In this document: in pieces, positions 21,979 through 60,556 of the stretch | How positions within the stretch are numbered: position 1 is the stretch's first letter | How the letters are laid out: each line of letters opens with the position of its first letter | Assembly (NCBI GenBank): GCA_051362555.1 | Contig: CM120641.1 | Location: 47,064,401 to 47,128,400 of the forward strand | Reading direction: 5' to 3' | Source: Lingula anatina | Lineage: Eukaryota; Animalia; Brachiopoda | Length of the DNA stretch: 64,000 nt | Translations under genes and position numbers: made by a program | The notes under the pieces: generated by a model | Database searches by the model: none | Told to the model about the DNA's origin: nothing | What the model saw: only the letters and a program-made list of their open reading frames with translations

Positions 21979-24228
21979 TCATGATGATGCAACCTGAGTC
22001 AGTGGATCCTCTAGATATTTGGCAAGGGCTTCGGCCTGTAATATAAAGATCAATTTTTTAAACTTCTGTAGAACATGTACTTCACCTTTTCCGTCAGTAT
22101 AATGCATTTTGGTAATCGAAAAGTGCATAAACCTTACTTATAAACCTTTTTAATTTTTAATTTAGGATGTGAACCCTACATCAATTTTTTGGAGCTCTCA
22201 AATAATCAGATTCAAGTGCACATTGCTGAATATCTGATCAGAAAACTTGTGATAATTAAAAGGGCTATATCAAAACTACACCAATCAAAAGTATTCTGAC
22301 ATAACAGAGATCACTTCAAGTCATCTGTGTGGAAACTAAATTAAATGTATTGAATTATTTTAGTGTCATAAGAACACAATACCAACAAAATCAAAGACAT
22401 TGACACAATGGGCTCATACTGTTGGTCTTACCTTTGCTTTTAACATACCAAACCCAACATTTTCCTTGGCATACAAACACAAAAGTAAAGAAGCAACTTG
22501 AGTTATTGCCACCTTTCCTTCCTACAAGAAATGGAAAGAGAAATGAATCAAAAACAGAAAAATAAGATATGGCAAAAATTTTCTATAATGTCTATAATGA
22601 ATGCAGACCTAATAGTACAAATTGTGAAATGCAGTTTTTCTTGAAAAAATGTCAAAACAATTACCTCACATTCCATCATGACCATCTGCAACCTGTCTTC
22701 ATTAAAAGCCATTTTTCCATTTTTCTCATAGGCTGTCCATATGTTACTCGCTATTGCTGCTGTTACTCTAGCATCTTTGTCTCCATAGCCAGAATATGCT
22801 AACAATGCTCCCTCATTATTCAGCAGTCTAGAAAAGATGAAACCATATATGGCAGTTATTTTTATTACATTACTTGAAAGGAATTAAAAACTGACAGTCT
22901 CTAATACCAGAGTGATAAAGGTCAGCACCAACATTGCTTAATTATAATTAAGACAATGATTTGAAGCTATCTATGTGATTTTTGTGTCATTGATACATCA
23001 TGAAGTTATCTTAAAAGAGAAACAGAGGAGCATCTGACATCAGAAAATGAATTGGGAATGGTTTCAAACTATTGTGATGAGGTATAAAGTCCGATCTCGT
23101 TTACTTATGTTACCAAATCCACGTTTTATATTGCACAGTACCACATTGAGTGTTTTTATCAATAGAAGCAATCTGTGGCACATGGGGGCTCATCCGGGAG
23201 TTTCAAAAAATTTCCTCTCAGACTGGAAGATTGTGTAATAGATGTCGGAACAGAATGTTGATTGGTGAGCACCAAGAAATGCAGCAAACAGGTGTGACAA
23301 CATTTCAGTAGCCTTTACAAGTGAGTGCTGTGGTGGAATGTGGCTTCAGTAGCCTCTACCACAGGGAGCATCTTTGTCACCGAAAAACCTGCTCCTCATA
23401 AATTTGACTAAAAACTGTGACTTCTACTGTTCTGAGCTCAGACTGAGTAGAGATACACTAGCACTCTCTGCAAATTGTCACGGACTTCTCTCATGAAGAA
23501 GGTATGTGGTCAAATAAAATTGATTAATTGGAAAACTGTCGAGGAATCGGACAGGGATATATCCAGGGTGATTTCATTTTTAGTGAACAATAACAAGCCA
23601 TCGTTGAAACAAATGAGAAATGTAAGCAAGGAAGTGAAGTGCTTGTGTTATGAGTGGTCCACGGCTTAGAAGACATGCAACTGTTGAGGAGTAGGTTCTG
23701 ACTCTCTGTATGTGAAGTTAATGTTGTCAACCCCACACAGTGACTGACCCAAGAAAAGAAGTGAACCAATTGCCGAAGCTGAGACGGGTATGAAAGGCCA
23801 AGGGGGCTGTTATCAAGTGCGTCAGTGCTATCTCAGATGGTAACCAGCAAAATCAATCAATTAAAAGAAAAGTTTACATCTTGTGAAGAAGCCTATGATG
23901 ACTTTCATTGTGTACCAGTAACCAGATGAAGAAGACACCGACACTAGGAAGCTTGGTTTCGTAAAGTAGGAAACGTCAGAGGACATTTTGATGAACATTT
24001 GATGTAACATTTATGGGGGTGGGGATGGGGATACTGCAGCATAATACAAAGCGATGCCAGTGGCGCAGCGCAACAGAGGATAAATGTTTTTACAAGACCA
24101 TTTTCAAATAAAAGCCGATAACAAGAAGGTTGAAATAATTACAACAAAACGCAAACTTACAATGTGCACTGGACTCCGGTAGTGTTCGCTTGACTCAAAA
24201 CTTGAGTCAATGCTTTGGGTTTCAACAT
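21979..24228 (-). CDS. LAMTOR2: Ragulator complex protein LAMTOR2 (p14/ROBLD3)
   Basis: Exons 24228-24161, 22827-22665, 22521-22432, 22035-21979. Translation: [60 protein letters not shown]...[48 protein letters not shown]. This is nearly colinear with vertebrate LAMTOR2 as recalled. Confidence 0.97.
23030..24045 (+). mobile_element. Degenerate Gypsy/Ty3 LTR-retrotransposon pol remnant in LAMTOR2 intron 1
   Basis: PRFILH resembles the RNase H start [43 protein letters not shown] resembles the RNase H-integrase linker. A purine-rich tract ggggtggggatgggga lies near 24016. The sequence is heavily frameshifted. Confidence 0.5.
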
Positions 24229-24520
24229 AATATTACTCAAAAGAACAAATAACGTCCCGTGATCTACCTAACTTCAGATGACATTGACCTTGACATATTT
24301 TGAAGGCTCGCAGTAAGCTTTTGCGAACTTTGTCATAATTCGTTTAACTATTATTTTCTTGTAATGTTTGTCCATATTTGATAAAAATGATTAATATAAG
24401 ATTATTATTTAATTTTGTATATATTTTTATCGCATTCATTTGAATAAATTTTCTAAAAGAGCAAATAACGCAACCAATGAAAGACTCACTTCCTGATTCA
24501 ATGCTGAGCAAAAGCGGAAA
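24229..24520. promoter_or_regulatory. Bidirectional promoter LAMTOR2/ECD
   Basis: Only 292 bp between the divergent ATGs, with local CpG enrichment. It contains TGACCTTGA at 24285 (ERR/FTZ-F1-type extended half-site), CCAAT at about 24474, and GCGGAAAATGGC over the ECD start. Confidence 0.75.
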
Positions 24521-49353
<24,833 letters not shown>

Positions 49354-51599
49354 AGATTTTGCCATGCTGAAGATCATTGTGACTTCAGTTCACTCAGCAG
49401 AAAAAAACTTGAGAGACTTTATTTTATGTTTGAGAAACAGGTGAATTTTTAAGGTCAAGTGTGTCTTCGTTGTTAGCTGCAGGTCTTATGGCCCCATTTA
49501 TACTAAAGAATTTAGGCCATAACTTGGTCTAAACTTCAAAAACCAAAAAATTAGTCTCCTATGAGAATATTTGGTCAATTTTACAGAAACATTTTTAGAT
49601 CAATATTCACAACATTTGGAGGATTACTATAAGATTTGTCCTTGAAAACGGACTGAAAAATGCTCTTTAAAGTGAAGACTAACTTTCGACTTAAATTCTT
49701 CTGTAAAAACTGGGTCCGAGATCTCAAAGACTGTGATGGTGCTGGAGTTCAGCAGTATGGAAATGGTGGCACGTAACTTTCTCTTGTGAAATTTTAACAT
49801 GCTAGCAGCTTGCTGCCGTGGCTTCGCTTTATGCAGTTGCAGAAGATAATGGCACAACTCCTTCATGGCATTTTTGTGACAAACTTTGGGTAAAAATCTT
49901 GTCTTTCATTCATACCTCCACTGTTGTCACTTGTCCCATCCAGTAAAAAAGCACTTGAAGTATGTGTTGAATAACCCTGTCATGTATGAAAAACCTTCAG
50001 TCACATTGTTAGTACCTTAATTTGGAAAAAAATTATCTGTTTTGTTATCCTGGTCATAATAATTTGCAAGTGTTCTTTACAGTGGATTCTACATTGTATT
50101 AGTAATGCTGAAGTAACCTTGAAGTATGTAACGATGCTATAACCAATTGTTGTGCTAGCTTTAATTTTTTCCCTTGGGGTGTGAGAGGTTGATGGGATTG
50201 GAACAGTGAAAAGGCTGTTACTACGCATACTTTTGTAGAATTTTTCGTATATTCTATTACTTTGACTGATAAAATTGAAAGATTCTTTATGAGGGATGGA
50301 ATGGCAGTGGTTTGTAAGTGGTAAATATTTTCTTCTGTAAGCAACTTATTTCAGTGTTGTGTTTAAAATCTTTTAATTGCTGTCTGCATATAATATTCCT
50401 ATCAGACCAGTGCTACTTAAAAAGTGGATTCAAGGTCTGAAAACTGATTTCGATGGTGCTATTTTTGATACTTTTTCAAGTCTTTGTATTTCACATTCAT
50501 GCACATTTATCGTCTGTTAAACAGGTCTGCGTTCCACATTCCTTGTGTAAAAAGTCCCTTATACTTGCTCTTCAAAATAATTGTCGTTCGCACTGAAGCA
50601 CTAAGCATCTTTAACACAAATGCTTAAAATCTTGGTGTAGTGTGCCTTTTCTTGCCATGTTTTCATGTTCTTTTTGTAATAACCCATTGTGATCCATAAG
50701 CATTTTGCCATCCACTGCAATAATAAGCTAGCCAAAGTGGTGTTCAGCACAGTGACTGTATTAAATGTTCCACAGTGTGTTTAAGTTTTTGATGTCTTTT
50801 TAATGTAAATTGCATTAATCAGTGCATGAAAAAATGATATCAAAATACTACCCAGTATTTGGTAGGCAGGAGATGGTGTAACATTATCCCACCATAAAGT
50901 AAAGAGATATTTGTATATAATCGTTCTTCTAGTCCATGTGCTGTTAATCAAATAATTTTAGGGCTGCCTTCATGTTTTTGTATTGTGTCTTCATCTTGAA
51001 TCCTTGTACAGCTTTATATTAAATAAACATTTTTGAAAATAAAACTATTTGTTATAAGAAGTCAACAAGTTTTGAAAGGAATAAAGTGTTTATTATAGTT
51101 CCTTTAAAATACGTGGAGGGATGTTTCTTGATTTCTAATTTCCAGCATGAGACACGTTTTATCCTGGCCTAGATGGCAAGATAATATCCAGCTGACACTC
51201 TGCCTAAGCCACCTGCTTACAAAGTTATTTACAATACAATACGATTATGGAATGCAACAATACTAACACACTTATATTGAACATTATAATACATGAACGG
51301 CTGCTTTACTTTAACAATTCTCGTTCAGATGCTCTGTCAACTATATTGCTTAAAATAAAATGTCTATCTTGAAGTAAAATGTTTAGGCACATACAAATAA
51401 AACTGAAAAGGGGAAAAAATGATAGGCCCTAATTCAATAACATTGTTTTCTTAGAAACCCCTTTTTTACTCAAGTCTTATTTGCAAACCTATTGCAAGTG
51501 TCTCTTAATGGACAAAAAATTACTTGAGGTGCCGGCTAAAATGACGAGTCTTCAACAGAAATTTTTGAAAAAAACTGACGCCAATAAATGTCTAGTGTA

Positions 51600-53647
51600 T
51601 CATATTTTAACTGTAAAAGTCACAGGTCTGGAGGGTGCTGCAGCAGCATCCTTCGCCTTAAAGAGAGCTTTATGGACCAAGGACACATCAACGTCATCTT
51701 GATTCTGAGGCTCCTTTGAGGATGCTGGGCCCAAACGGCCAAATCTGAAAAAAAAACAAAGAAATTCTATTACTATCTGAACTTATAAGTGTATCAGAGC
51801 TTGTGTCAAAATTTGCTGAAGTGTAAAACCACCTGTTAAACCTTAACCACATGGATTGCATTGCTCTAGTGTTCAAGATAGGGGCTCCACACAAAACTCT
51901 AAACATCCCATATCAAGAAGAATCAAAGACTGAGGGTAGCCAGGACATTCTTTGTGAACTTACACGTGTTGTGATGAAGAAACTTCCGGGTCTTCAGGAG
52001 GCTTGCTCACTACTGCAGTTAGTGGGGTGACCATTTTCACCTGCATGGGAACACCTGAGTGGAGAAAAGACATGACATGTGGTCAGTAATAGTATAAAAT
52101 ATGTGTTATTTGCAATCCAGTTTAGTAATGACAACATACAACAATTAGTAATATTGGTCAAAGTCAAAACATTGCTTTGCTGGCCGAAAAAAATTGATAT
52201 CAAACAAGGTACATCCAATCCAATTTCTAAATCCTGCAAAACAATATACTGCCTCTTTAAATGTTTTATTATGTAATTTAATACTTCAATGTAAATGACC
52301 TTCAAGATAACACCAAAAGTTGCGTCAAGTGACACTGTTTTCAATTCTTTATAAATGTTTCCTATTCTCTAAATGGTTTATAAAAATGTCAATGATGTCA
52401 ATGATCAATGTTCATTTTAATGATCATATCTGATTCAGCAGTCACTATTACATCTTATCAGACCTCTAAGTCACAGATACAACATCGTGATCAATTATAA
52501 TACATTTGACATTTTAATCATTTTACCTGCTCAAAAAAAAAACAAAAAAAACAATACAGCACCACCTACCATCCAGTTCTCTGTTATGATACTTCTTGAT
52601 GGCCAGCACAGCCTCTTCCTTCTTAAAGAACACAGCCTCTGCCACACCTGGCTTCAACATTCTGGCCTTCTTTAAAGCTCCCATTGCACTGAATAGTTCC
52701 TGAAATGTTAAAACATACAATGAATTCTAACAATTTATGGTCTTTAAAGTCAATTTTTATTAATCTTAATGTTTCCATGTTTTAAAAAGTCATTTTGAAA
52801 ACACAAACACTTTACCATAAAAAACTAGTGTACATTTTGAAAAGGTTCTTCTGATTAAGATGAACACTGTCCTAGCATGAATTCCCTATACATACATTTC
52901 TTTGGCACATTTATTCATTTCTAAATCAATATACAGACATTAAACAAAACTGGACTACATAAACAGTATGCTGGCTTACAATGATATCTTCTTCTGTGAC
53001 AACTGGGTGTAAATTTGTCACCAATATTTTGTAGCCTTGCAGGGGGCTTATGACATCAACTTCCGGCTCCTGCAACTGAAAAATGAAAGAAATTTTTGTT
53101 TTCTTTTAAAAAATTAAGCAAGTATTTAAAACAAGTAAAACCTAATACTGACCCATGTTTTCTACATCCTTTTCAAGGAATTGGCCAAGTAAGACCTTAT
53201 TAAATGTCCATAAGGTGAAACAGAATTTTTAAATGTTGAAAATACATAAAGAATAATCTGATCAAGCTCATTTTAAAAGCTGATCCACTTTCAAGGCTAA
53301 CAGAGCAAGATGAAGATGAAGTTGTGAAGATGAAGTTGGCAATTTTACCGTCTTCACTTTGACCTGTTGCCCTGGTTTGGGTGTCGTCTTGGCAGTAAGC
53401 CTGATAGGAGATCTTGTCTGGGAAATAACCGGAGATGGGACTTTCACAGCTGGCCCAGTAACTCTGACTGGTGGAGGAGTGTACGTGTACTCCATCTCTG
53501 GGTCAGAGTCTGGGTCTGGTTCTTCATACTGATCATTTCTAATCTGAATGATAGGACTGCGGGCTGGGAGAGAATGCGGATGTCTACGAGCTGCCATAGC
53601 TGCTGTGTTGGTCCTCACTGCACCCAATGGCTTGGCCTATAAAAGAT

Positions 53648-53702
<55 letters not shown>

Positions 53703-56700
53703 CTGAATGGTACCAATCAAACATGAGAACAAAGCAAAAATTAAGTAATCATTATCAATTTCAAACAGAGAATATGTTCAGATAAAAGATGGCAATGAAA
53801 ATTTCTCTGAATATATCATAATTTTAGCAGTCTCGGTTTAAAGGTACTTTGCTAATTCAGATATTTAACAGTTAATTCCTACTTACTTGTGCTGTTGTGG
53901 GTTTATTGGATGTTGTGACAAATATGTTGTTTGATCCCATTAACACCTGATGCCCAGATGTCTTCTGTCCTGGATTTCCAATCTACAAGACAAGGGTAAT
54001 TCAGTTTCAACCAACAGTTCAAACAGCACAGAAACCAAGCCACTGCAGTGCTTATTCACAGCAATAATTGTAACCTTTTATATCAGGACTACTGGCAGTA
54101 TGATACTGGCAGTCTGGTAACAATATATTTCTCATGTATCAACCTGCATGCATATGTATATGTATCATTGTGTTTATGTGTCTATTTATTATGATATTGT
54201 GGTAAAAGTTGCACCCTCATAAACTTTTATAGGGTAGGGGGCCATTTAGAAGAGTTAGGTCACAAAAGCTAGTGCGCACTAACTCCATGGGGACTCTCGC
54301 TGAATGCAGTCCGATTAAGAGACTAACACACCTCCTGTAGTCTAGTATTTAAAATAAAGAGAAGCTGGTGTTAATATGAATACTTGGAAATGAGGAGGCG
54401 TGTAAGTCTGAACAGCCCAATTCCAATGATAAAACAAACCAAATGTATGCTCCTCAGATATACTCAACAACTATTCAATAAAGTTTGGTGTCTTACCTCT
54501 TTTGAATCTGTATCTTTCCAAAAATATCAAATATTAGCAAGAATCAATAAAATTATATGTGTGAATAATCACGAAAACTTACTGCTCGGACAAGCCCCCC
54601 TGTTGTTTGGAGACTGGTCACCTGGAAAATAAATCAGCAAACAATTATATCTGTATTTACTAGTTATTACCGGAGTCTCAGCTGTATACAACATATAATA
54701 GTGTAGTTATATTGAGGTGAAACAGGGACTGACTGGACACCAGTATTAATTATTTTTATCAGATGTAACTGGTAAGACCAATAGTTCCAGCATGTCTAAA
54801 AAGATAAGATCTGTATGCTTAGTTTATGGACAATGTTCGTGAATAGCGAAACATGTATGTGCAAGTTATTAAAGGAGAAACACAGTTAATCTGGTGCATA
54901 TGAGTGTTAAGTAATTTAATAAAATCTATTACTTGCACTATTACTGTGACTACTGAAGGATATCTCAACATAACAAATGTACCACAGAATATATGGCAAC
55001 TTACTGTGAAATTCTGATTTATTCCTTGCTTAGGCTGTGTCTGTTGTTTAGAAAAGTTCCCCAGTCCTGTCACACTCACAGTAGGGCCCTTGTTGGCCTG
55101 TTTAGCTTTCAGCTTCTCCCTCGCATCAACAGGCTGCTGGGCCTTCTTATTTTGTATCCGCACTCGAGCATCCACAAACTTTGTTTTGGCTATAATTTTG
55201 TCTCTGGCATCTTTAATGGGCTTACTTGCTATTTTCTGTCTAGCATCAAAACCTTTGACATTTCCCAGGCCAGTCACTGCAAATTTTGTTTGTCTTTGTA
55301 TTCCAGGTCTTTGTTTTATGTTTCCTTGCTGCTTTGTTGTAAAAACAGGGCCTTTCGTTTTTGCACCAAGTCTTTGCTGTGCAGATGCACTGTGGAAAGA
55401 AAAACAGTGAACATGTAACTCAATATCTATAACACATCTTTTTATGTGATGTACAGCTTTTCTGAACAAAAAATAAATTCATTGTTACAGAGGTTTTCTG
55501 TTATATACAGGAAAGGGTGGCTTGATTAAATATCAAATATCTATAATGCTGTAAAACCAAAACTTTGTTAATGGTAGCATTGTTGGGAAGGATAAAATAT
55601 TGCCCCCACCCACAATCCCCCCATAAATACCCAGGGTCTAAGAAACTGTATTTTACAAAATGAAAATCTACAATTTCCATGGCCTGACTCACCTCTGAAA
55701 TATATTAAAATTACCTAGTATATGCCTTGAACCTTACCAGTTAAATGTTGCCTACACCATGTCTACTGGATGGTTCATAAATGTACAACTTAGAATTATT
55801 ATTATGAACACAAGTGATTTTTTTTTTTTTTTTTTTTTTTTGTAGGCATAACTCATAAAATATTTATCTATTTTCGCTGTTTTCTTCAAAGAACAGACAA
55901 TGAAATAATTATATTAGAATCTATTCTATTTGGGGAAGGATTGGTGAGACCTTTATCGCTCTTGATAGGATAAAATAACACCCTCCCCCAAACTGAGAAT
56001 CAGAATCAGAATCAGAAGTTTATTGACTATCGCCCTACATCCGGGCATGATCAAATACAAATACAAGAAGTAATCCGCAGAGTGATTACCATATACAGTT
56101 TGATATACATTATATAATGTCTAGACTAAAGCAGGGAAAGTACATGTACTACTCAATAAAGATCAATATAGGGATAATTAAAAAAAAAAAAAAAACTGAT
56201 TCAACTAGAATAGGCTACACTAAACCTTATATTAAACTAACTATTATTTAGGGGGATATGAAAACTGCATCATCAGTTAATCTAGGTTTTATTCAGCATG
56301 GATGCAATTTTCATATCCCTAGCTTTAAAACAATCATAAAGAAAATTAGTTGTGCATTTTGCAATATCAAAATCATTACATTGCAGTACGGTAATAAAAA
56401 GGTCACTGATGGACTCAGGGGCTGCACTGCCCAGTATATCTTTAACCTGGTTAAGGAATATGGCTCTTAGTGGAGCATAAGAGGGGCATATCATCATAAA
56501 ATGGAACTCATCCTCAACTGACCCCATGTTGCACACCGTGCATAGCCTTTTCTCTATGGGTATTTTAGGATTCATGTGTCTCCCCTTTTCAATTGCCAAA
56601 TTGTGGGCACTTATCCTGAATTTGCAAAGGAATGTAGATTTGGGTTTGTGGATTAACTGTGTGTATATTTCTCTTTTAAAATCTTTTTTGAAGGTACTGT

Positions 56701-57524
56701 AGGTACGTAATTTTTTACCCTCCGTGTTCAGGGATGCTAGGTGAGATTTGAAGGCCGAACTATAAGAGATTTGGATAAGCGGTTTTATTATGGAAGAGAG
56801 TGCGGTCATGGATATTTTAAAAGGGTCCTCCCAAATGTCAGGGCGTCCAATGAGCGCCAGTGTATTTTTAATGCCGGTTGACCAGGTTGAGGTGTTAAGT
56901 CTGTTTAAATTTTCATTTTCGTGAAGTGCATGAGTAACTAAGGAGGTGGTGTCATGGTGCTTTTTATATTGGAGGCTGTGCCAGTATTTGAGGGCCAGTG
57001 TGTAGGCAGTGGTCAGTATTGGGAAGCTGCCCAGTTCTCCGCGGACAGCATGTGAGGGAGATTTTCGGTTAACACCTAGGATAGTTTTGCAGGCCTTGAG
57101 ATGTAAGGTATGTAAACTGAGTACAAGAAACCTAAATCATGCTCAATCAAATTCCAAGCACCCTTGATGTGAATAGTGCGCAAATGGCTCTGAAATGACA
57201 AGAATATTGATTGCGCATCACACTTCCTCCATTACATTTCAGAGACGGTACACCTGTCAAAAAACCATCTACATCTTGAAATGCATTCGTTAAATATACA
57301 GAAATGGGATATTCAATGGAAAGAGAAACTAAGTCAGAGAAAGCGGCGACTTAGATATCAAGGGTCGCGAATGCAAAATATAAGCACTTGCGCATTGTTT
57401 TCTACGTCCATATTCAGATAATGTGAGCACAGACTTATAAAGTACGTTTTAGGATTACTTACCCGGGTCTAGAGACAAATTTTCTTTGATTTTTGGTGAT
57501 GTAGTCGTCCAGAGAGACGTCCAT
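51600..57524 (-). CDS. POLDIP3: Polymerase delta-interacting protein 3 / SKAR (ALY-like RRM protein)
   Basis: Nine exons: 57524-57463, 55389-55005, 54621-54583, 53982-53887, 53636-53349, 53075-52980, about 52700-52570, about 52054-51964, about 51744-51600. N-terminus MDVSLDDYI; repeated DARQKI/DARDKI/DAREKL motifs; RRM SPLQGYKILVTNLHPVVTEEDIIELFSAMGALKKARMLKPGVAEAVF...YHNRELDG; C-terminus VHKALFK...PVTFTVKI*. Confidence 0.93.
54268..54400. mobile_element. Partial family A MITE
   Basis: ctaactccatggggactctcgctgaatgcagtc...aagctggtgtt matches the family A interior. Confidence 0.55.
55998..57113 (-). mobile_element. 5'-truncated non-LTR retrotransposon (CR1/L2-group LINE), ORF2 C-terminus plus 3' UTR, in POLDIP3 intron 1
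   Basis: The open frame from about 57110 to 56282 encodes KTILGVNRKSPSHAVRGELG, KLRTYSTFK, KFRISAHNLAIEKGR and the zinc-finger-like RLCTVC...EDEFHFMMICPSY. The 3' end has AATAAA plus a (TGATTC)n tail. Candidate TSD AAACTGAG at 55990-55997 and 57114-57121. Confidence 0.88.
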
Positions 57525-57754
57525 TTTGCAGCGACCCAATTTTCCCCAATGTGTTGAAGTGAATGGTGTGGACACATTTCATTGGTTTAAAATCGTCGAT
57601 AACAGACCCGCAGATATACACATGTGAGTGAGAGATAAAGTGTGATAAACAAGTCAAATAAGTTGTACATCGTAGTATCATACCGGTGCGAGCATATTTG
57701 GGGTATTTTACCAGAACTGAACTTTTGCACATGTTCAAACTTGGATAAGAAAGA
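57525..57754. promoter_or_regulatory. Bidirectional promoter POLDIP3/THUMPD1
   Basis: 230 bp between divergent ATGs, with local CpG enrichment. Confidence 0.75.
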
Positions 57755-58593
57755 ATGGGGAAGAGACCAAAGTCATATTACATAAAATGTGCAATGAAGA
57801 AAAGGAAGAGAGAATTTAGTCTTGATGCTGGCATGAAGGGTTTTCTTCTGACCTGCAATAATAATGAAAAGCAGTGTGTAAGAGAAGCATACAACATCCT
57901 GAACGAATATGCAGATAAGCTGTATGGACCAGAGAAGGTACTGCTTCATTTATTTATTTGATATTATATATTTATATCTGCAATTTTTATGTACTGACTA
58001 GTACTAGTAGTTCTAACCTTTCAAAAGATCCAATTAAAATTATTTCCAATAAAAGAAAAAACTCGATCTTTATCAACAGTATCATGGAACCTTGCTTAAG
58101 TATGTTTTATTTTTGTGTGTGTGCGTGTGATATACTATTATAAAGAATTAAAGGGGAACACTTCATCATATATATACTGCATATAAACATCATGGTACAT
58201 ATCTTACACTGCCTTTAGTAATTCAGTTAATGTCCTTTTTTTTTTTTTTTCAACTAAGGCCGGGAGTGGCGAAAGAGATGGCTCAGATGATGGAGAGGCA
58301 GAGGAGGAGGAAGAAGATATCAGTAAAGTGTTGGAAAAAGAACTGCACACACTAAAAGAGACAGATTCTTCACAGAGAAGATTCCAGGTATATTCCTTTG
58401 AATGCCAAATGAACTTGTTTACACGGAATGCTAAAAATTCTTAGGTATTTAAGCCCTTTGAGAATATTTCAAAAGAAATGATTGGTATGATTCAATATGG
58501 TCAAGCAATTAGCATTTTTCTCCTATTCATGTAGTATTTCTTCCATTTTCATGCAACTCTTGGACAAAATAATATACATCTAGGTATTATAAT

Positions 58594-58630
<37 letters not shown>

Positions 58631-59718
58631 TTTTCATCTCCCAGGTAGTAGAAAGTGGTGCCAAAAATGTAATTTTCATCAGGACTACACTTGAAGACCC
58701 ATGTCACCTGGTTCATGCCATTCTTAGTGATCTCCAGGAAACAAAGCAACAGAAAGCTAGATATATCATGAGGATGCTTCCCATAGCTACAACTTGCAAG
58801 GCTGTCCTGGAGAAGGTATTAGAAAGTGTAGAGTCAGCATTTGACGCAGAGCTAGGGCCTAGCACGGCAGGGCAGTCCTTCTACATCATGGCCAAGATTA
58901 GAAATAACAACTCTTTTAGTACTGCAGGAATTTCTAAGGAAATTGCTGGCACCATAATTACAATGAATTCAAAGAATTCTGTTGACTACCAAAATCCTGA
59001 TAAAGTTGTATTGGTTGAGATACTGAAGGGAAATTGCTGCATGAGCATTGTGAGAGATTACTTCAAGTTCAAAAAGTACAACCTTCATGAAGTTGCTAAA
59101 ACAGTTACAACAGAACCAAAGGAAGGGGACTATCAAAGTCAAGATGATCAAGGGGAGGCAAAAGAATTAGATACTGGTGAAGAGACAAAAATTGAGGAAA
59201 CAAAAACTGAAAGCATAAAGGATGTCTCACAGACTCCAGTGGTAGCCAAGCTTACAGAAAACCAGAAAGATTCATCACAGCAGGTGTAAGTCTATAAGAC
59301 ATTATGGTTTGGTTATGTTAAATGGCTTGTCAAGAATTATGTATCAATAGGATCAGTAATCCCTAATGTACTAGTCTTTGTGTTTGGTTTTTTAAAGCAA
59401 GGGAAGTTATAAGGAGTTTAAGACTTATTTTCCAAAAGGTCATGCCTGAAATTTACTCGAAAAATGCAAAATTTTCACAGACAAAAAGTGTAGCATTTTA
59501 TTTTAATTGCACTCCATTAAATCTGTATCATAATTTTTTTTTTTTTTTTGTCACCTCACAGCATAAAGTTTTTATAATCTTTCAGTTTACCTGAGTTGGA
59601 TTCCTCCACCCCCACCACCAGTGCTTCTCAGTCCACAGCAGTTGTGGAAGTGCAGGATTCCAGAGTAGAAGATTCTGAGGATGTTCCATCTGGCTCAGGG
59701 ACCGGAACTGGATCATGA
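57755..59718 (+). CDS. THUMPD1: THUMP domain-containing protein 1 (Tan1 homolog, tRNA acetylation adaptor)
   Basis: Exons 57755-57937 (GMKGFLLTCNNNEKQCVREAYNILNEYADKLYGPE), 58259-58387 (...RRFQ), 58645-59285 (VVESGAKNVIFIRT...RMLPIATTCKA...KIRNN...YFKFKKYNLHEV), and a probable last exon 59586-59718 joined in frame through a GTAAGT donor and a tttcag acceptor. Confidence 0.93.
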
Positions 59719-60485
59719 TATTTCTTACTGTGATGTTCATTTTAGCCTATGGTCTATGGTTTGGAATAAAAACTCACTCACAAAGTCTGGTATTTAAGAG
59801 AAAATCTGAAAAACTGTGGAGATATGTTTTCACTGATATGCAGTTAAGTTTTTATAGAACAGAGCGTCACAAACATAAGCTAAAGCAATTAAAAAAATGA
59901 CTTGGATATAAATGATTCTAAAAACCGATTCTTATCAGCCTGTTGTCCCATTAACGTCATGTATTTTACCCTCTTCATTTATATACAGTAGAATTGTGAG
60001 GCTTAGATTTGTATATCTTTGTATTTAATTATTTTGTCAGTATACATGTCTAAGCTGATTTCAGTGCCTATACATGCCTGCTTGCTTGTTCTTTGTCTAC
60101 CAGCCCTGTATTGTTTCTCATTCCATTAAGCAGAAAATATTGAATGCAGTGCATTTAATGTAGCAATATAAAAGAAATCTTTACATCATTATCTGGAGAA
60201 ATGATGACAATTTTCTGGTATCTTTTATCAGAGACATTGTGTAACGTTATGTGTAAAAACGTGCAAATGTCAGCTTCCTCGTGATTTTATAACCATTCAT
60301 GTAATGCCACTGACATATCCCTTTCCTTGATAGTCAACCTAGCTCAAATGGATGCAAATTAGGGCATTAAAGATGGAACATACAGGGATATTGTTAATTC
60401 TTTAATATTCCATTTTGGACCATTCATCAGTCATGAACCTTGTGCTTGCTTTATTCCTGTCATCAGACAGAAGTTTCTTAGTTGA

Positions 60486-60556
60486 CAGCAATTTAGTGAG
60501 ACTCCCCAGGGAGTTAGATCGATCCAGATGGATCGATCTAGGCATGGGAACCCAGT
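60486..60556. mobile_element. Right-end fragment of a family A MITE
   Basis: gcaatttagtgagactccccagggagttagatcgatc...atgggaaccc matches the right arms of the 18933 and 20450 copies. Confidence 0.6.
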
